This document shows, in pieces, positions 63,093 to 64,000 of a stretch of DNA of 64,000 bases. Position numbers and translations under genes: made by a program. Under the pieces are notes generated by a model that worked only from the letters and a program-made list of their open reading frames with translations, did no database searches and was not told the DNA's origin. The stretch comes from Octopus sinensis (taxonomy: Eukaryota): assembly GCF_006345805.1 (NCBI RefSeq), contig NC_042997.1:131688001-131752000 (forward strand), read 5' to 3'. Numbering within the stretch: the stretch's first letter is position 1; every line of letters begins with the position of its first letter.

Positions 63093-64000
63093 ATTATTTC
63101 CATTAAAGCGGCGAGCTGGTAGAATCATTAGCACGCTGAGCAAATGTTTAGCAGCATTTCGTCTGCATTCATGTTGTGAGTTCAAATTCCGCTTTAGTCG
63201 AAAAGTACTATGAGAAATGTAATCGATTTATCCCCTTCCTGAAATTGCTGGTTTTATTCCAAAATTTTAAACCATTATTATCAATAGGCGTAGGAGTGGC
63301 AGTGTAGTAAGTAGCTAGCTTACGAATCACATGGTTCCGGGTTCAGTCCCACTGCGTAGCACCTTGGGTAAGTGTTTTCTACTATAGCCTCGGGCCGACC
63401 AAACCCTTGTAAGTGGATTTGGTAGACGGAAACTAAAAGAAGCTCGTCGTATATATATATATATGTGTTTGTGTGTCTGTGTTTGTCCCCCCCACACCGC
63501 TTGACAACCGATGCTGGTGTGCTTACGTTCCCGTAACTTAGCGATTCGGCAAAGAGAGCGATACAATAAGTACTAGGCTTGCAAAGAATAAGTCCTGGGG
63601 TCGATTTGCTCGACGAAAGGCAGTGTTCCAGCATGGCCACAGTCAACTGCCTGAAACGTGTAAAAGAGTAAGAGTAATAAAACGATCAGTTAGAATCATT
63701 AGCGAGCCAGACAAAATGATTAGTTCGATTTCGTTTGTCTTTACGTTCTGAGTTCAAATTCCGCCGAGATCGACTTTGCCTTTCATCCTTTCGGGATCGA
63801 TAAATTAAGCCGACCTAATCGACTGGCCCTCTCCCCAAAATGTTGGGCCTTATAGGTAGAGTAGGAAAGAATATTTATCATAAAGCGATCGGGCAGATTC
63901 ATTAGCACACCAAACAAAATGATTGGTAGCATTTCGTCAATCCTTACGTTCTAAATTTAAATTCCGCCGAGGTCAAGTTTTCTTTTCATCTTTCGGGGTC

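Overview
AT-rich, repeat-dense eukaryotic genomic DNA; the SINE families point to a cephalopod, probably Octopus (inference). I can support only three small coding exons, all on the + strand. Two consecutive exons (11478-11549 and 37198-37261, separated by a 25.6 kb intron) encode the first half of PDZ1 of a GRIP (glutamate receptor-interacting protein) ortholog. One exon (61102-61196) is the typical second exon of an LCCH3/GABA-A beta-like Cys-loop receptor. I could not find the rest of GRIP PDZ1 before the receptor exon. CpG content of unique sequence rises sharply across a microsatellite/LINE block at about 41.5-48.4 kb, so this is a nested gene, a rearrangement or an assembly join. Everything else is repeats: dozens of tRNA-derived SINEs in several families, a near full-length frameshifted CR1-type LINE whose ORF1 has tandem CCCH fingers, CR1/RTE/RLE-LINE fragments, a mariner relic, several MITEs and long microsatellites. 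The most striking non-genic signal is a set of short Penelope-type elements carrying minimal hammerhead ribozyme motifs. Their 3' ends abut (TA)n tracts and they often occur as palindromic pairs. Almost all ORFs in the supplied track are artefacts of microsatellites or repeats. Repeat boundaries were read by eye and are approximate unless stated otherwise.
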